From NCBI RefSeq assembly GCF_001194135.2, contig NC_068982.1, positions 183,071,588 through 183,135,587 of the forward strand: a DNA stretch of 64,000 nucleotides. Direction: 5' to 3'. The position numbers and the translations under genes are program-made. A model generated the notes under the pieces. That model saw only the letters and a list, made by a program, of their open reading frames with translations, searched no databases and had not been told where the DNA came from. Origin of the DNA: Octopus bimaculoides (Eukaryota). This document shows, in pieces, positions 62,827 to 64,000 of the stretch (positions within the stretch are counted from its first letter, which is position 1; each line of letters opens with the position of its first letter).

Positions 62827-63164
62827 ATCTTGTGCCTCTGATATCACAGAATAATATTAAAAATGTTGAGCATCCTTATGGATTTCAACAGCAGGTGTCA
62901 GTACCTGTGATAAGTATAGCTGCTACAGTTTGTCTGTGGGTGATATACAAGTAATTTCTATGCTAAAGATGGTCCCATTCATCTAGTCAAAAGCTCTACA
63001 GACAGTTTATAACTATGACAAGATTAGATGACTATCTAGGTAACACAGGTACAAACACATGGCAACTATCCACAAATCCAATCTCTTCATAATGCCTATA
63101 GTACAACTAAGACTATTTGAACACATGACATAATGGATCAAATATTTTATATGACACGTTATTG

Positions 63165-63478
63165 GAAGCATTCGAGCGAGATTGTTGCCAGTGGCGATGG
63201 ACTGGCTCCTGTGCAGGTGACACGTAAAAGACACCATTTCGAGCGTGGCCGTCGCCAGTACCCGCCTGACTGGCCCTCGTGCCGGTGGCACGTAAAAGCA
63301 CCCACTACACTCTCGGAATGGTTGGCGTTAGGAAGGGCATCCAGCTGTAGAAATTCTGCCAAATCAGATTGGAGCCTGGTGTGACCACCTGGTTCACCAG
63401 TCCACAGTCAAACCGTCCAACCCATGCCAGCATGGAAAGCGGACGTTAAACGATGATGATGATGATGATGATGATGAT
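63165..63478 (+). mobile_element. SINE/retroposon family C with (GAT)n tail
   Basis: ...ggttggcgttaggaagggcatccagctgtaga...gtccaacccatgc(c/t)agcatggaaagcggacgttaaac(gat)n. Also at about 40800-40905, 41930-42198, 44865-45040 and 51985-52140 (+), and 17700-17920 and 47205-47420 (-). Confidence 0.8.
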
Positions 63479-64000
63479 ATTGTTGTTTAGCCCAAAGTCA
63501 ACCTTGATTAAGCAGACCCAAGCATTCCAGACGTGAGATATGACCATCCAATATTCTTCCCAAACACAGTGCACCCACAAGCTCCAATGTGTCATGCTTA
63601 TGTCACCAATTAGTTAGACAATTAATTAACCAAGAGAATCTAAAATTATCAAGAGAATAAAAACAAAAAAGAACAAAGAAATTACTCCCTAAGATTTTTC
63701 AACAAAACAAACTATTTACGAAAGACAATCTTTACATCCATCTTAACATGGATGTATTGTTAGAGTGCTGGATACTACATTATTTACCTTGAGGACTTCT
63801 CATATGAATGCATGGTGCATAAAAGCACACATACTTATATCACTAGTAGACAAGAACTGCCAAGTCATATAATTTGCCTTTTGTTATTACTACTGCTTCT
63901 GTCACTTTTATTCTTTTACTTTTCAGTCATTTGACCGGGGCCATGCTGGAGCACCGTCTTTAGTCGAGCAAATCTACCCCAGGACTTATTCTTTGTAAGC

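Noticed and set aside
62430-63800. Several minus-strand AG|GT donor-like sites as further SASH1 5' exons
   Set aside because: No good acceptor, open frame or homology; the 5' end probably lies outside the window.

Overview
AT-rich eukaryotic genomic DNA, dense in microsatellites and SINEs, with 8 N-gaps. The repeat families and gene content suggest an octopod cephalopod (inference; no search run). Two convergent spliced genes could be rebuilt by hand from splice sites and phases. (1) On +, a divergent Rab27-like small GTPase: exons 10077-10239, [P-loop exon not found, probably in gap 13941-14536], 15816-15910, 18857-19084, 21225-21411. Its catalytic switch-II Gln is replaced by Met (WDTAGMER). 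(2) On -, a 5'-incomplete SASH1 orthologue (SH3, SAM1, SAM2): 10 phase-compatible exons from 58472 to 32715, 987 aa. Between them is a textbook heat-shock promoter on - (perfect 4-unit HSE, TATA box, Inr-like site, short exon with GTATGT donor) with no recognisable HSP coding sequence downstream. Other features: a Penelope-type minimal hammerhead ribozyme (8676-8723), a 219-bp palindrome just before the Rab ATG, remnants of CRE, HERO, RTE and CR1/L2-like LINEs, mariner and hAT transposase remnants, several MITEs, a Helentron-like element and many SINEs. Most ORFs in the supplied track are microsatellite or gap artefacts. No CRISPR, rRNA or true tRNA genes were seen. Repeat boundaries are approximate, and family names and human comparisons come from recalled motifs.
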